64,000 nt of DNA from assembly GCA_050575255.1 (NCBI GenBank), contig JBNZDD010013624.1, positions 2,030,102 through 2,094,101 on the forward strand. Direction: 5' to 3'. Of this stretch, positions 1-14,288 are shown piece after piece. The translations under genes were made by a program, and so were the position numbers. The notes under the pieces are model-generated. The model did not search any database. It was not told where the DNA came from and was given only the letters and a program-made list of their open reading frames with translations. Positions within the stretch are counted from its first letter, which is position 1; the number at the start of each line of letters is the position of its first letter. Origin of the DNA: Harriotta raleighana. Taxonomy: Eukaryota.

Positions 1-3000
1 CACTTGTCTACAAACTGGTGCTAAAGAAGCCAGACGTCCCTGCTAAATTAGAAGGATTCATGAAAACATCATTGTGACATACAACCAGAAATGGCATTTT
101 TCATGAATTACATCAACTCAGCTAAAATTAAAGGATTAAAAGTTCACCAGTTTCAATAAAATAAGCAATTCCTACAACAGGAAAGAATAAGCAAAAACAA
201 GCATATTTGTAGTCTTTTTAAGAATGCTATATTTTGTTTTGAATAACCAGAAAAATCAAATTTAAGTAAAGTGCACATAGTTTTAATTACATTTGATATT
301 TTTAACATTTCAATGTAAATTATAGGCATCCCTAGATTAGCCCCAAAATGAAATGCAAGCCTAGAATTTGTAGTAATGAATACTTTAATAAGCAACTGAG
401 ACCCTGAATCTATATACAGTGTTAACCAAGCGAACCCAGCATGATCAGGCATTTATCTTCTGCATTTCCTGAGACACTACAGCGTGCAAATTTGGGATTA
501 TGAAAACCACGAATGAATCTGCACGTCCCTTTCAAAATTCTGCCGATGCAATATTCAAGGAGGAAAAAAATCAAGAGTTAAGCAGAAATGTTATGCATAT
601 GCTGTGAAGCATATCATGACTGTGCCAGCACCCTGAACAATCATTCAAAAACAAGTTGAATGTCCCTAACTGTGCAACATCTGTGTAATGACAGAACCGA
701 TTTATTAGATCTAATAGAAGATATGAGAAGGGTGGCTGAAGCAGAGGTTAAAGGAGATACCAAAACAGCTGCAAAACAGATGCAAACACAGTAAATCCAC
801 TTTGTTCTGCACCCTATTCCTGACCTTTAATACAATGAAAATTCAAATGTTAGGCTTCAAGAGATGCTTGCCATTATAAAAGTGGCAGTGCTAGACTGAG
901 GGAACAAAGCATTAGTCATGTAGCTTTAAGAAAAATCCACAATCAGCCACAGGGGTCACAAGTATAAGCACAAAAGAAAAAGCACTGTAATGAGTCTGAA
1001 ATAGAGCAAATATTTTGGAATTTGAGCCACAACGAAAAAGTCACTGATTTGGCCCTCATGTCTCCGCAGTTTAATTTACCTGGCTAATCCTATTCCAGCA
1101 GAATGACATGGTAAAATGCGGATTATTAAATTGGTTTGAAACAGACTGTACCAACAGAGGTTTACATTCATGAGATTGCTAACCCTTATGGTCATTGTTT
1201 TTGATGGTCATTGTTTTTGTTTAAATCCTTTGTCCAGAAAATATTACAATGTACAATGTTTTATTTGCCCTCAGAATATAACAAACCGTGAGGAATAGGA
1301 ATGAGAAAAATCGAGGACTTGATTTGACAAATGCCATCTGTTGTGATCTGAGGGTGAAAGAGTTGAGATCTTTTTCCTATGTTTATATTCCTTTACTCCC
1401 TGTTGAATCAGGATTGATCCAATTCCCTTATGTATTATTCAATTGACTCGGTAATTACATTTGGTGGTAGTGTATTCCATACATTGACATGTACAACATT
1501 CTTTATTCCTTAAATTAAAGTCAAGATTGAGTCCTCTTTATCTTATAATCATGTCCTCACATTTCCCTGATCTTATTTTGAGTAAGATGCAGCACCTCTA
1601 CACATATGTTATTGAGGGCATTCATTGTCCTATTTAATGTAATTTGCTTCAATGACAATAAAAGTTGATCAACTACAGAGCTGGAGATAATATGTATGCG
1701 GTGTGAAAAAAGTACACCCTTTCAAGTACAAAAGTGGAAGGTGTTGATGTTGAAATCTGAATAATGATCTCTCGAATGTATTCAGTTTCCTCTATGTTGG
1801 ATGCGTGGCCATTATCCACTGGAGAGAAATGTAGACTTCAATACCAGTACCAGGTGCTGGTTGAACTATAAGATGCAATGTATAACTGTATCACTTAACA
1901 TTGTGAATATATTAAAAAACAAGAGACCCTTCTCTGTCAGCTGCCAATTTGCCCACAAATACAGTCACTACATTTTATAGTAAATCCTGACAAGCTTGAG
2001 GTGTTTGGTAGCCATGCTAATAATAATGATATAATAATCCTTACATTTGATACCTCTGCATCAAATGCAAGGTTTATTATTAATTGAATACCATTGGACA
2101 GTGTCACAACAAAATAAACTTTGATCCAAATATGAATTTAAGATTATTAAGTAGTCAGTCAATTATTTCTCCTGCACCGGTAATTAAAGCAGTACATCAC
2201 TGTATGCTTAGCAAAACTGTTCTTATAGCAAACTTGCATTTCCAGCAATCTTGAGTGGCAAACAATGAGGAAGAAGTACAAGGAATTTAGAGTTGAATAA
2301 AGCAGTAGGTGAGACACTTCTGCTCTCAGTTCTTTATAGTGATCCATATATTTCCCACAATTGCCATGTAAGGCTTAGTGACAATTCAATATAATACACC
2401 ATACTCAATGGAATACCAAAATCTTTCACAATTGCAATTTCACCCTCCACCCCCTCTTTCAAAAGCTCATTTCATATTCTGTTCATTAATTGTAACTGCA
2501 TACTTGCTTTTAAAAAAATATTTCTTTTCTAAGATGGAGACAGCATACAATTCAACAGGGAGATTTTTTTCTTGTGGGCATGGAGACAAGAGAATGATGC
2601 TTGCACACCGTGTTCCAGACATTATTCCTACTAAAGTGCTAAACTCTAATCTTTCACTGTACTTTGTTAATTATGTCCATTACAGCATTTCATTCACTTA
2701 ATGTTCCAAAAATCATGACTTTCTTGGGACACCTATTTCATTAAGATGTATTGTTAAATTGAATATATTTAATGAATATTAGGTACATTAAGTGAACCCT
2801 TTAATGAAAAAGGAGCATCAAAGCAACAAATTGAAGTTTGTCTTTAAGAGTTAAAAAGAAATGTCTTCATAACCCATTTTTAAAAAGGTAATCTGAAATG
2901 TTGTAATTGTCATTTAAGTGCCATCGTATCACCACTGAAATGTTTTGTCAGGAATGTCAGAGTGTGATTGAGTGACTGGCTGTGGACAGTAGCTTCCAAG

Positions 3001-4345
3001 TGGAAAAATTATCTGAAACTCGTAAATACTAAGTTGTACAATTACACCTGCGAGGAGCAGAAACCTTATACACACAAGTAGCAAATAATTTAGTTTTGAT
3101 TTTAACAAGGTGCAGTATATGTATACACGAGGTGTATAATTAGCTTGACTGTATTATTTCTTTCAACATTAAGAAATTGCACGTTGTATGTGCACAACTG
3201 TACATGAGGCAGGAATATTAACATGTACTATTTGCTGTGAAATGAAGCCTGCAATATTCAGTTAAATTCACAAATTTAAAAAAAAATAGTTTAAAAAGAA
3301 CTCCTATGGTTCCTGTAAATAAAACATTGTGGAATACTTACCTGATAAACATAACATATCACCATAAGCTACAATTTAGAATCATAATTTAAAATGTTCA
3401 ACCACAATGTGCTGCATCTTTCATTTTTATGTTTTCATTCATTCCATTAAGGAAACTGTTTATCTAAAACTGAACAGACGTGGGACAGAAATTTAGATCA
3501 AAATAACTTAGATTTAAATGAGCCGAACATCTAACGTTTGAAAATACTCAACTTTCAATGGAGTCTGTAAATCAGTCGCCTGAAGGAATTGAGTGAACCA
3601 CAGTTTAGGATCCTACATACGAAAGTGCTCAAGAAATGTTGTTTTTCCACTGGGTTTAAATCTGTAAATTGGAACCTGGGGTAAATTTCTCTTAAGTGGG
3701 TTGCTAATGAGCAACTTAAACTCAATTTCCTTTTCCAGCTTCTAAATGACCCCTACATTTTGTTTCACATATGTAAACAATCTTTTGCGCACTTCAAACA
3801 ATGGTTGGACAGCCAAATGACAAATTGATTCAACTAAACATATTATAAACTTTTTAAAACTCGAGGAAAAGAAAATACCATGCTCATATGATTCGTTGCT
3901 GTGTATTTGTCAGTCAAGAATGTCTTTAATTTTTTATATTCCAAACCAGCAAAAAAACTCATGGTTTCCTACTTTCTCATTTTCCAATTTACCACTATAA
4001 TGGTGGGGATAAGGCATGTATGGTTTCACTAACTAAATAGTGAATATCAGATGAGTGAGGGTGGTCCTTAGACATACTGCTGAACTAAGTGCTGCACAGA
4101 GCACATTATGGAGGATGGTGTGACACTTCACTTCAATTCAATGGCTTGCAGGCTAATCATGACAGATGTCACAGAAACATTCATAACTCATATTATCCTG
4201 CCCCTGTGTTGGGAATGCTGCAAAACATGAAGCCACCTTCAAGTGGATACTTGCTTTTGCTCAGAACAGCAACAAACATTCCTTCTATGTGCATCTATCT
4301 AACAGCGTAATGCATGTGGATTCAAACACGCATACAAATGAACTA

Positions 4346-4666
4346 CAGTAAAACCTCGATTATCCAACATTCTAAAAGCTGGCAACTCCCTAAAACTAGC
4401 AAGATTTCAGAATAATTGTAATAGATTTTTTTCCGATGTCAGGAAAATCTCCTGAAGTTCGGAACAGCTGCTTGTAGTTCACGGCGTCGCCACTCTATCA
4501 TTCGGGGTTGTGGTTTGGAGCTCGGGCATTTTTGCTTCAGTGCTATGTTTACAGCACATGTGATGTATGCGGCAGCGCTTCCCCAGACCTATGTAGGTTT
4601 GTAAATACCTCCCAAATTGAGGAGGTGTGTAGACCCAACCGTGCCAGGTTAATCAAGGTTTTACTG
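4346..4666. mobile_element. Non-autonomous Tc1/mariner (pogo/Tigger-like) MITE
   Basis: TA|CAGTAAAACCTCGATTA ... TTAATCAAGGTTTTACTG terminal inverted repeats; right-hand TA degraded. Confidence 0.75.
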
Positions 4667-6120
4667 TTGATTTGAAATACATTTTCTTTCTTGATATTAA
4701 TGTGGCTAAAAAGAATGCCAGTTTCAAATCAAACTCTGAAGTATACCTACTAAGTATCTCTGGTATACTTGGTAGGTACCATTATTATCAACTATTCTGC
4801 CATTTTTAAACAAACTATAATGCCAAGTCAGAAAGGATCAACTAGTGAGTAAGTAGATTGTGGTTTCTGAATGTACAGTAATAGGAACAAAATTGCGTGG
4901 TCTTCATGTAGAGATGATTAAATAATATTGGTTGCCTACTCTACGTGTGATTTTTATTTCTTGAAAGTTCAAGCTTCACGTGTAATAAGGATTTGCAAAT
5001 ATCCATTGGAGAAGAATCAGTTGGAAACATGGTTTATGCAAGAAATATGCATCCTTTATGCTGCTGGCAGACTGATGATCTGTTCCTTCAATTTCGCATA
5101 AAAAGGCCTCATTCTGAATCACAAATCTTTCAATGGAGAAACCAGCAAAGATCTCAAATGACAGCAAAAGCAATGCAATGTAAAATCTTAACCTTTCTTG
5201 GCTGAGAATGAGTTATCTTGACCAGGCATGATCAGGCTGTCAGCATTGAGGAGAAGATAACTCACACATGCCTAGCAGCTCTATTTGACTTTTTTAAAAA
5301 GAATCAAAGTTTGATCTCATTTCAATGTTTACCTTAGTCATTCTAGCACTGAAATGGCTTAAAAAGTAATCTTTGGGGTCAGTTTTAAGATTTTTTTTTA
5401 CAAGGATCGCAACTCAAAATGTAATAATCTTTACATTTGATATCGCACTTTATCACCTTGTTGAAACATCTCCACATTGTGTCACAGGATGCATCGTGAA
5501 GTGCAGTAGTGACTCTGCATTTGTAGGCAAACAAGACACATTCTTTCAATGGAATAAATGTGAACTTCAAGTCAAAACTACAGTTCTTAATACATTTTTT
5601 CTTAGTAAATATAGGTTTGCCTTTCTTTAAATTAGATAAAGACAGGCATTACACATACTGCCTGCCCTGTGGCATCACAGTACCAAAGCCTTGATCTAAC
5701 ATTTCCAGATACAAGTCAGGAATAAATTAATTGTTTACGGTTTTGTTCTCAGCAACAACAACAGCAACTTGTATTTTTATAGCTATGTTATGCAGGGTAG
5801 CATCCCAGAGCACTTGACAATGGTGGAGCATTAGTTGATAAACTATTTTGCATTTGTTAATATTCAAAGTAAAGGTAACAAGAGGGATGATGAAGAGTCA
5901 TTTGAATATAGAAGTTATTTGGCTTCCTTGAAATAGCTAGACATAACTTTTTTCACCACAGAAGTTGTGTAATGTCAAGAGGTAGCACAAGCCAATATTA
6001 AGGGTAATTGGTCACTCGGAAGAGTGTATGACATTTAATGCATGCTTTGAAAACAGAAACAGGCTGGAGGCTAAAGATCAGTAGAGCAGAGATCTGCTTT
6101 AGATTGGCTGTGGCACGTTA

Positions 6121-6431
6121 TAATAGTAATAAAAATCCTTGCATTTGATTTTGCGATTTTCACGACTTCTAGATGTCTCAAAATGCTTCACAGAATATAC
6201 TGTAAAGTCAATTGACTATATTTGTGGACAAAACGCCAGCAGACAATGGCGCACAGTAGTGACCCACAAATAGTTGTGGATTGAGAGACCAAATTATCAT
6301 TGATTTTTTGGAGGGATTCTTATTAGGCATGTGGAGTAAGGAAACTTGCCCGGGGTTTTGCCCTGCCCGGAATCGAATCCAAGTCTCTCGCTTGCAAGGC
6401 AAATGCTCTAACCACTGAGCTACAGGGTTCC
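6121..6431 (-). mobile_element. tRNA-headed SINE with Deu-domain-like core and L2-type tail
   Basis: Head ggaaccctgtagctcagtggttagagca..gattcgattcc (A/B boxes), core ctgtgcgc..tggc..cgtttt, tail atcaaatgcaaggatt(att)n. Confidence 0.85.
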
Positions 6432-7404
6432 ATAAATTGCAAGCAGTTGCTATATACACACACAACAATCCAGTTCTTGCTGCTGCCAATGAGAGAAAAA
6501 CTGATACTGCAGTCCAGAATAAGGGTGAATATTCTGCGAGGAATGGGGGTGAGGAGGAGTGAAGAGAAAGATCACTTGACGAGAATGACAATGTAACTGC
6601 GTACATTTCTTAAATGAATATCATCTCAAGTGGCCTCAATCCGTGAACAATTGCCACAAAAGGCTTTAATCAGTGTTTGCATTACCATCAACATTTTAAA
6701 GCAGACATGCTACACTTTATCCTGCATCACCCAGAATGTCTGGTCAGTTAAAATGGACAGTATATATGTGGGATCAGTAAATATGATTGAGAAATCAAAA
6801 ACAAATTATAAAAAGTTTTAATATATGTTAGCTGGCTACACATTGTTTTGCCTGTCTTTACAAAAAAAATTCTCTTTAAAGTGGGATAACAATAACTATG
6901 TTGGAGGGGAGGGTGAGGAGAAAACAGGTGATTGGTATGGCAATGAAATAAACAAAGAAATGTCAGAAATACAGCCCAAATGCTGAAGGAGTCAATATAA
7001 AAAATCACTTATGCTGGGCACATCTGTTGTGCAGATAGATGATCATTTATTCTTCTAAGAACAAAGATTATTAAGTAGAAAAATAGGGATTGATTAGAGT
7101 TATGTTGAATAGAATTTGCTCTACTTTGTCAGTGAGGAGAATATTTAACTTGACACTGAGCACTGGTTGTCTGTGGTAGCTTTCATCAAAATTAAGATTT
7201 AATTTGGCTGCAGGAGGGTAAGAATGAAAGAAGACTTAAGACTATGAAAGGTAGGATGGAAACGGAAGTGTGGGGAGGGGAACATGCTCTACTGTATCAG
7301 TTTACATATTGGCAAGACACCACAATTAAAAGACAGCAAATCAATTCTGGAAGTTTGATAATTTAATTAAACACTTCGTCTGTTTAAGACAAACATTTAC
7401 ATTT

Positions 7405-7846
7405 ACAGGCTGGGGGTGGGGGGGAGGGTGGGGGGGAGCCGCTCAGGGGTCGGGTCGCTCGGAGGCCAGGGGGGAGCTGCTCGGGGGCTGGGGGTCTGCT
7501 CGGGATCTGTAGGAGAATGTCTCTCGCTCTGTCTCCTGTTTACCATGCAATACATCAGGCCAAACAGTTATCTAAACCTTACCCAGGAATGTATTGTGTG
7601 GGAGCCAGCCAGCCAAGGAATCATCCTCTTTAGTCGGGATCTGCTGGCCTCATCAAAAGTGCGCATGTCCGTGGGACCAGCCAGCCGAGGAATCATTGGA
7701 TTTAGTCGGTGGCTGTTGGCGAACTCACACATGCGCATGCGCGCAGGGGCCAGCCGGTGCGCGCTGCACAAAAACGTGATGCTTTTGTTTTGTCACATAT
7801 ACTTAATTCTCAATCGATAAAAGTCGCGTTCGACGAGGGTTAACTG
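7405..7846. mobile_element. Partial Tigger-like DNA transposon remnant (one TIR visible)
   Basis: GC/CpG-rich block ending CGTTCGACGAGGGTTAACTG|TA; internal ~72-bp diverged tandem repeat; left TIR not seen. Confidence 0.5.
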
Positions 7847-7854
7847 TATGCTCA

Positions 7855-8185
7855 ACTTGCAATAGCAGTTTATCATGATGGTCTCAACGCACTTCACAGA
7901 ATATACTGTAAATTGACTGTATATTTTGTGGGAGAAATCACCACTAATGCACAGTGGCATCCCATAAACAGTAGTGGATTAAGTGAAAACGTTTTTTATT
8001 CATAGTTGGGGCTATTACCCCTGAAAAAGTGATCTGCCAATCAGCTAACAATCAGATTCCTAATCACTGCTGGGTAAATAGAGGCATGTGGATGGAGTAC
8101 GTAAACTTACCTAACGCATTGCCTGGGAATAGAATTCATGTCCTCTCGCTGGGAGTGCTCTAACCAATAAGCTACAGGATTCCAC
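7855..8185 (-). mobile_element. Same SINE family, diverged
   Basis: cacttcacagaatatactgtaaa..gactgtatattttgtggg body and degenerate tRNA head. Confidence 0.7.
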
Positions 8186-11100
8186 AAGGTTGTAAACATT
8201 TTGTGTTTTCTTACTGTCTAAAAAAACTACTACTTGGCATCTACTACTAGACTGGGTTCACAACTGCTCTAGGAATACTGTGAAACTGAATTGCAATTGA
8301 TTTACCAATATGCTCAACTTTAAACCTGACCCTACTTATAGGGTAGACAAACCTGTGATACAACAATCAATTTCCATCAATAAATTTACACAACTGCATT
8401 AAGTATAAGACAATGCTTTATTAGAATTCACTTGGGAAAATGTAACCCAAAGGCCCAGTGCAATATCTATGGTCCAAAGTAAAGAACAGAAAGTACACAA
8501 TGTTGGCTAAAGCAGAAAATGATCAGCTAAGCTTATGAAATTATTAAAAACATTCTTCATTCAAGTTAAACAATCCAAAGAAAAATGTTGAAAATGGGTA
8601 ATTCATACCTGTTGGAGCATTAGGAACAAATGCTCAACATATTAAAATAAATTCTGATGTTGCAAAACAGGACTTCTTATTCATTTATATCATATTCATT
8701 CCATCTGCAGTACTGTGCCAATGGTCAAAATGGGATGTTTTAGGGGAAAAAAGACAGCTCCAACATGACAACCATTGAAGCTAAAGTGCTATATAGCTGA
8801 AATAATGCAATCAGATTTTGTGCAATCTGCAATAAACAATAATTTTCAACCCTATGATGGATGCTGCAACCAAAAGACAAATTATGTCCAAAACCCAACC
8901 ATTTAATGGTGATAATGATGGTGTTTAACCCTGGCTGTATAATCTAAGTGCCGGTCCCATTTACTTATATTGCTAACCATTTGGTTCTATTAGTAGATGT
9001 TGGCCACAGCAGAATGCAATTCCTAATCCTGACTTGGATTCTCTTCAACTCACGAGTGCTTAAATCCCATGCAGCTTTTCAACTAAGCAATTTATATCTG
9101 GTTTAGTATTTTCATATACAAAGGTGGATTAGAATATAGAATTAAGAGAAATGAATATGAAATGCTCCAATTGTTTTTTTCTCTGCAAAGCTTAACAAGC
9201 CTTAATTATAGGAGGAAAAAAATATTCTAGCTTTTGCAACTCAAAACAAAATCCAATCAGAATTGGACCTCACCGCAGGCTTCAGAGACATTTCCAACAT
9301 CCAGCAATATCTTTGAGTTTTTCCAGACACTTTCACTGTTATTCTCAACTTCACCACCAGCTGCCGTTGATATTCACACACACACACACACATATACACA
9401 CACAATTCAGCATTACACAAAAAAAATCGATTCTTAGTATCGATTATAATAGTTCACTACATCCTATATATTTTTAACCTCCAAAACATACTCCTTTATC
9501 CCCCCCTACACTTGTGTGCCGATAGATACAACTGAAAGTGAATTAATGATGAATATTTATCTGCCCTCTAAGTAGCAGCTTCTAACATTATCACACGCTC
9601 TTATCCAATTGGAATTATTTTGCTACCTGAAATAAAAAAGAATTAATCACTTACTTGGTAATTAAATACAATGGAAGATTTCTTAGCAAATCTTGTTAGC
9701 TGGAAAACGTAACTGTCATATCAGCTGACTGCACAGCTGACTGACAGTTTGATGACAAAGCGAAGGCAGCATCCTCAAATAATTTCATCAGCACTTACTG
9801 CATAATACTCTAACTCAGATTGCATTTAAAAAATTTATTTGGTGATGTAGCTCAATCCCACCAATTAATTTTATCCACTGCTTTTGTTTATCTTGCTTCA
9901 TAATTTCTAATATATCTCCACTATAAAAGCTTTGTCTACTCCTAAATAAGGCATTCATCTTTTGCAATTTAACATAATACATTTAAACAATCTTATCTTT
10001 AAAATATATTTTTGATGTGTGTCTGCTGTTATTTACCAATCAGAATGATTATAAATAGGCTAAGTTTATACAATAGATAAAGGCACAACTTTTTAAAAAA
10101 TACAATCTAAACAGGTGAAGGAAATGGGTAAAAACCATAAAAGCACAAAATTCATCAGTTACTTTGGAATTGACATTTTTAAGTCAATTGGTCCAATGGT
10201 ATAACAGATTATTTTGCAGCTACAATTAAGGTATCAGATCAAAAGATCTGATTCATGTGATTTGATTCAAATAAAACAAGGGTTAATTTGACAGGGTAGC
10301 CAATAAAAGACTAATTCCATCTCAACTCATACAATCTCAGTCATAATGCCATTGATGTTTGGATAGCCTATTGCATCTCAAAGCTTTCCACACGTATCCA
10401 AACGCGCGAAGAATGACCATTTAGACGAGGTATTAACAGTTGCAATTGCAAAATAGAGGGAAGAAAATTGAAGAGACTAATGGTAGAGTATGGATTCTTT
10501 CTCGAAATTTTCAGTTCTCTTTCATATTTGGTATCTGAGCCAAAGGTGATTAAAGGAAGGCAATTGACTATAGAAAGAAAAGTTAAGAGATGGTACAGGT
10601 CAACAACTCAGGTAGTTCTAAACAGCTTGCAAGTAGCTTCACAGTTTTGTGGAAAGATAATGTTTTATTCTGGAGAAGGTAAATGGTACAACTTAAATTA
10701 GAGCCCACAGAATAAAACATTTGATTTTGAAACAAAAACCACATGGCAAAGAAGAGCAAGAGAGGAATATACCCCAAATGTCAGTTTGATAACACACAAC
10801 AAGCGCACAGACATAAAAAAGTACTACTTGGTAAGAAACTCCACAATAGATCATGACTAGTTTCATATGTTCATGAATAATTCTCACAAAGCAGCCATTT
10901 GACAATGACATATGGCATTATCCTCTACAGCTGACATACATACTGAAGAACTGAGCACACTGACCCAGTGGGAATTGTGGTCAGGAAGAAAAATCACAGA
11001 ATGCATGCTGGGTATTCAACACCCAGGCCCATGTTGGTCGATTCAGTCCTTTTATAATCAGGTGTCATGTCAGAGACGTAGCGTGTCTTTTCAAACCCGC

Positions 11101-11734
11101 AGTGGAAGCACTGCTATTAACAAAACTCATAGCGCCAAAAGAAAGCCTGGAAACAAAAGTCTAAAAAGTTGTTCTCTCCCCTCCCCGACAAAAGAACAAG
11201 TTGCTACCAATCACTGATTTGCAGCGATTTTTGCTTTCAGCAAGAATTTTTTTAGCAAGCCAATCCCGATAATCTCAAACAACATTTCTGTCCTCAAAAT
11301 GTAATTTTTATTCATGAATTAATTTAATTGTTACTGTACTTCTGTGATAATTCTAGTTTGGGCTGAATGTTTGAAACAGAATCCTCAATGCTACAGCCAT
11401 TAAATGTACAATGTACTAAACCACTAATTCAACTTGGAAATGACAGAGAAAGGCCGCTTTTTTGATTGAATACATTTATATTTTGCCTGTAGGAATGGGA
11501 CTAATGTAAACGCAGGCAGAATTTAATGCAGAGTTCACAGTTTTCAGCAGCAGTGATTTCAGTGGATGAAGCTGCATTTAAATTTCCCGCTCCAAATTTC
11601 CTTTGTTTGGGGTTTGCTCGTTAGTTAGTTTCAGATTATTAGAGCTAACCACACAAATCAGTTATAAATTTTAGCAGACAAGTTTGGGATGGAGCACAAA
11701 TTGATTCACATTGGCTGCATTTATATTGCAGTGA

Positions 11735-11814
11735 TGAAAAATCAAAATCCTGCCAGAAAAACCTCTTCAAGAACCATCTTGAAGAGGTTTTTCTGGCAGG
11801 ATTTTGATTTTTCA
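11735..11814. repeat. Perfect 38-bp inverted repeat with 4-nt loop
   Basis: tgaaaaatcaaaatcctgccagaaaaacctcttcaaga-ACCA-exact reverse complement. Confidence 0.97.
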
Positions 11815-14019
11815 GTTGACCTTGGTCAAATACTGCTTTTTTTTAAAAATCCACAAGGTTTCAGCAAGCACAGTATAATCCAGGCATAAATTTCATGACG
11901 ATTAGAAGTTTATACATCTAGAATTTTTCCAAATGCATTTTACTGATTATAGACTAATGAAGAAATGCAGTGATAGCAAACTCCACTAGAGGGAATTTTT
12001 TCCCAAGAAAATAAACAAAGGTTTCCTTTGATTGCAACATAAAATATTAATAAACCTGACAAACATATTCTAAGAAAATTTTTTATCTTCATCACAGCAT
12101 GTCAAATTAATGCCCGTTAACACCAATATTACAACAAAATAATTGGAAAAACAGGATGCTCATGGCTGAAAATAGACTTCTAACAATCAAACTAGCAGAC
12201 TTCTAGTGGTGATGAAGGAAAATCAGGGTATTGCTTTACAGAAATAAGTGTTTATATTTATTGCTGAGCCATCAACGCCCCAGTTACATGGATATAAAAA
12301 AAGTTGCGATACTCAGTAATTACTCACGTATTAATGTATGAAAATATTTTTACAGTTTATTAAGTGAATTAGTCACCTTGAAGTGAAAATGCTAGAAAAT
12401 CCAAAGCGGTCAGTAATGTTGCTTTCAAGTCTCATCAAAGGCCAACTTTTATAATATATATATTTTTAAAAAACTTCAACCCTTAAGTTTTCCTGCTCCA
12501 CGAGTAGAGCCTAACCCAATTCTTCTGTTCCTCTGTAAACTTGAAGGATAAGATGAGCAAAGGCAGTCAGAAATTAGTCAACCAATGTTTTTTTTTCTCC
12601 ATCTCATCCATCAGAAAAGCACACAGCCTCACTTGACTCTTTCCCCAGGTGAAATTTGGAACTTACTGCATGAGAAAGTAAAGGTGTGTAGCAGTGCTCC
12701 ATCACAATGCTGATCACTGTCCTCCTGGCTTTCAGGTTTCTGACCCTTTCTTCATTCATTTCGAAACTGTTCAAGCCTAATCTGATTGGTGAATGGTGAA
12801 AAACCCGAAACTCATCATTCATTTACTCAGGCTTAACTCAACATGTATTGGATCTAAACCTTTCCAACTGTCTTCTCGTCTTCTAGCTGCTTCCCGCTGT
12901 AATGTAAACTAACTGACTGGAGGAAAACTAGTTCAGTTCAAATCCACCTTCTAGTCTTATTGTGCCCTCTGGTGGCCAAAATAAAAAAACAACAACACTA
13001 AGTTGTTCAGCCCATGCAACAATAGGAGCTTAAGCAAGAGCAAACATTCAAAAATATACACTGAGACTTAATTAGCAAATTACATACATTATTTGATGGG
13101 AATAATTCTGAACATCAATCACATCTCCTTCTAATGACATTATAATATACACATCATACATTCTTGAAACCTTATCAACAAACATGCATTGAAACTTCCT
13201 CTGGTAAATGACTCAAAAGCATATTCAAATTGATATTTCTGAATAATTTCATTACCTCAAGGAACAAAATTCATCATGATTTGATCCCAAAGGAATCCAC
13301 CAAAAGTCTTGCTCTTAACGCAGAAATTCAGTTTGTACAAAAGTGCTCTGCATACCCGTCAGTTAAAAATAAACTGTCCTATTGTGTACAGTGCCATTAG
13401 CCATTAACTAAGATGGCACAAAAAAATAAATCTCCAATCCACATAATGGCAACCTAATAAAATGTGATCTACACACAGACTTTGAGATAAACTACTTCAT
13501 ATCTGTACCACAAGCATGAATTGTTGCTTTAATTTTAATTAACAAGATTGAATCTTAAAAAATGATCGCACACTTGTCTATTGGAAAGACATAATATAAA
13601 TCCATTGAAGATTGCAACACCAATGTTCCACAAAATAAAACTGAAAGGGCAACTATTATTCAAAAAGTTCTCATTGCAAAGAATGTCAATACCAACAGTT
13701 TGGGAAATCAATTGACAAACAGATGTAACTAGTCAAACATTTAATGTTTATTTGTTCAAGTTTTAAAATGTACATTAATAGTGTATTAATGATATTCACA
13801 GAAATAAGTAGGCTTCACTGTGCCCTAAATACTTTCAATTTAAAAACCAAAAGCCTTACATTAGATTAAATGTGAAAGTGAAATTTTATGATACTTACAG
13901 CAAGAAGTGTTGGAATTGAAGGGTTGCATAATTCCATGAATTCCTAAATAATGTTTTGAATCAACATTCTGTTTTGAAAGTGAATGCAAAGCTACTGAGA
14001 TAGTAGACCCCATTTGTAA

Positions 14020-14288
14020 AAATAATAATCTTTGCATTTTGATTTAGTGCCTTCTAGACGTGAATATGCTGTAAAGTGAAATGATTGTTTATTTGTGAGC
14101 GAAACTGAGCAGCCAATTGAGCACAGTAGTGTCCTACAAACAGTCGTGCAATGAAGTGACCAAATAATTATTGTTTTTTTCTGAGGGATGATTATTAGGC
14201 GTGTGGAGTACAGAACCCTGTCTGGAATTAAACCCAGGTCTCTAGCTTATAATGCGAGTGCTCCTACCACTGACAGTTACCGGACTCC
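14020..14288 (-). mobile_element. Same SINE family
   Basis: Tail, core and tRNA-like head all recognisable; 113 nt into intron 21. Confidence 0.8.

Noticed and set aside
1188-1219. 16-bp tandem duplication atggtcattgtttttg
   Set aside because: Ordinary replication slippage with no sign of function.
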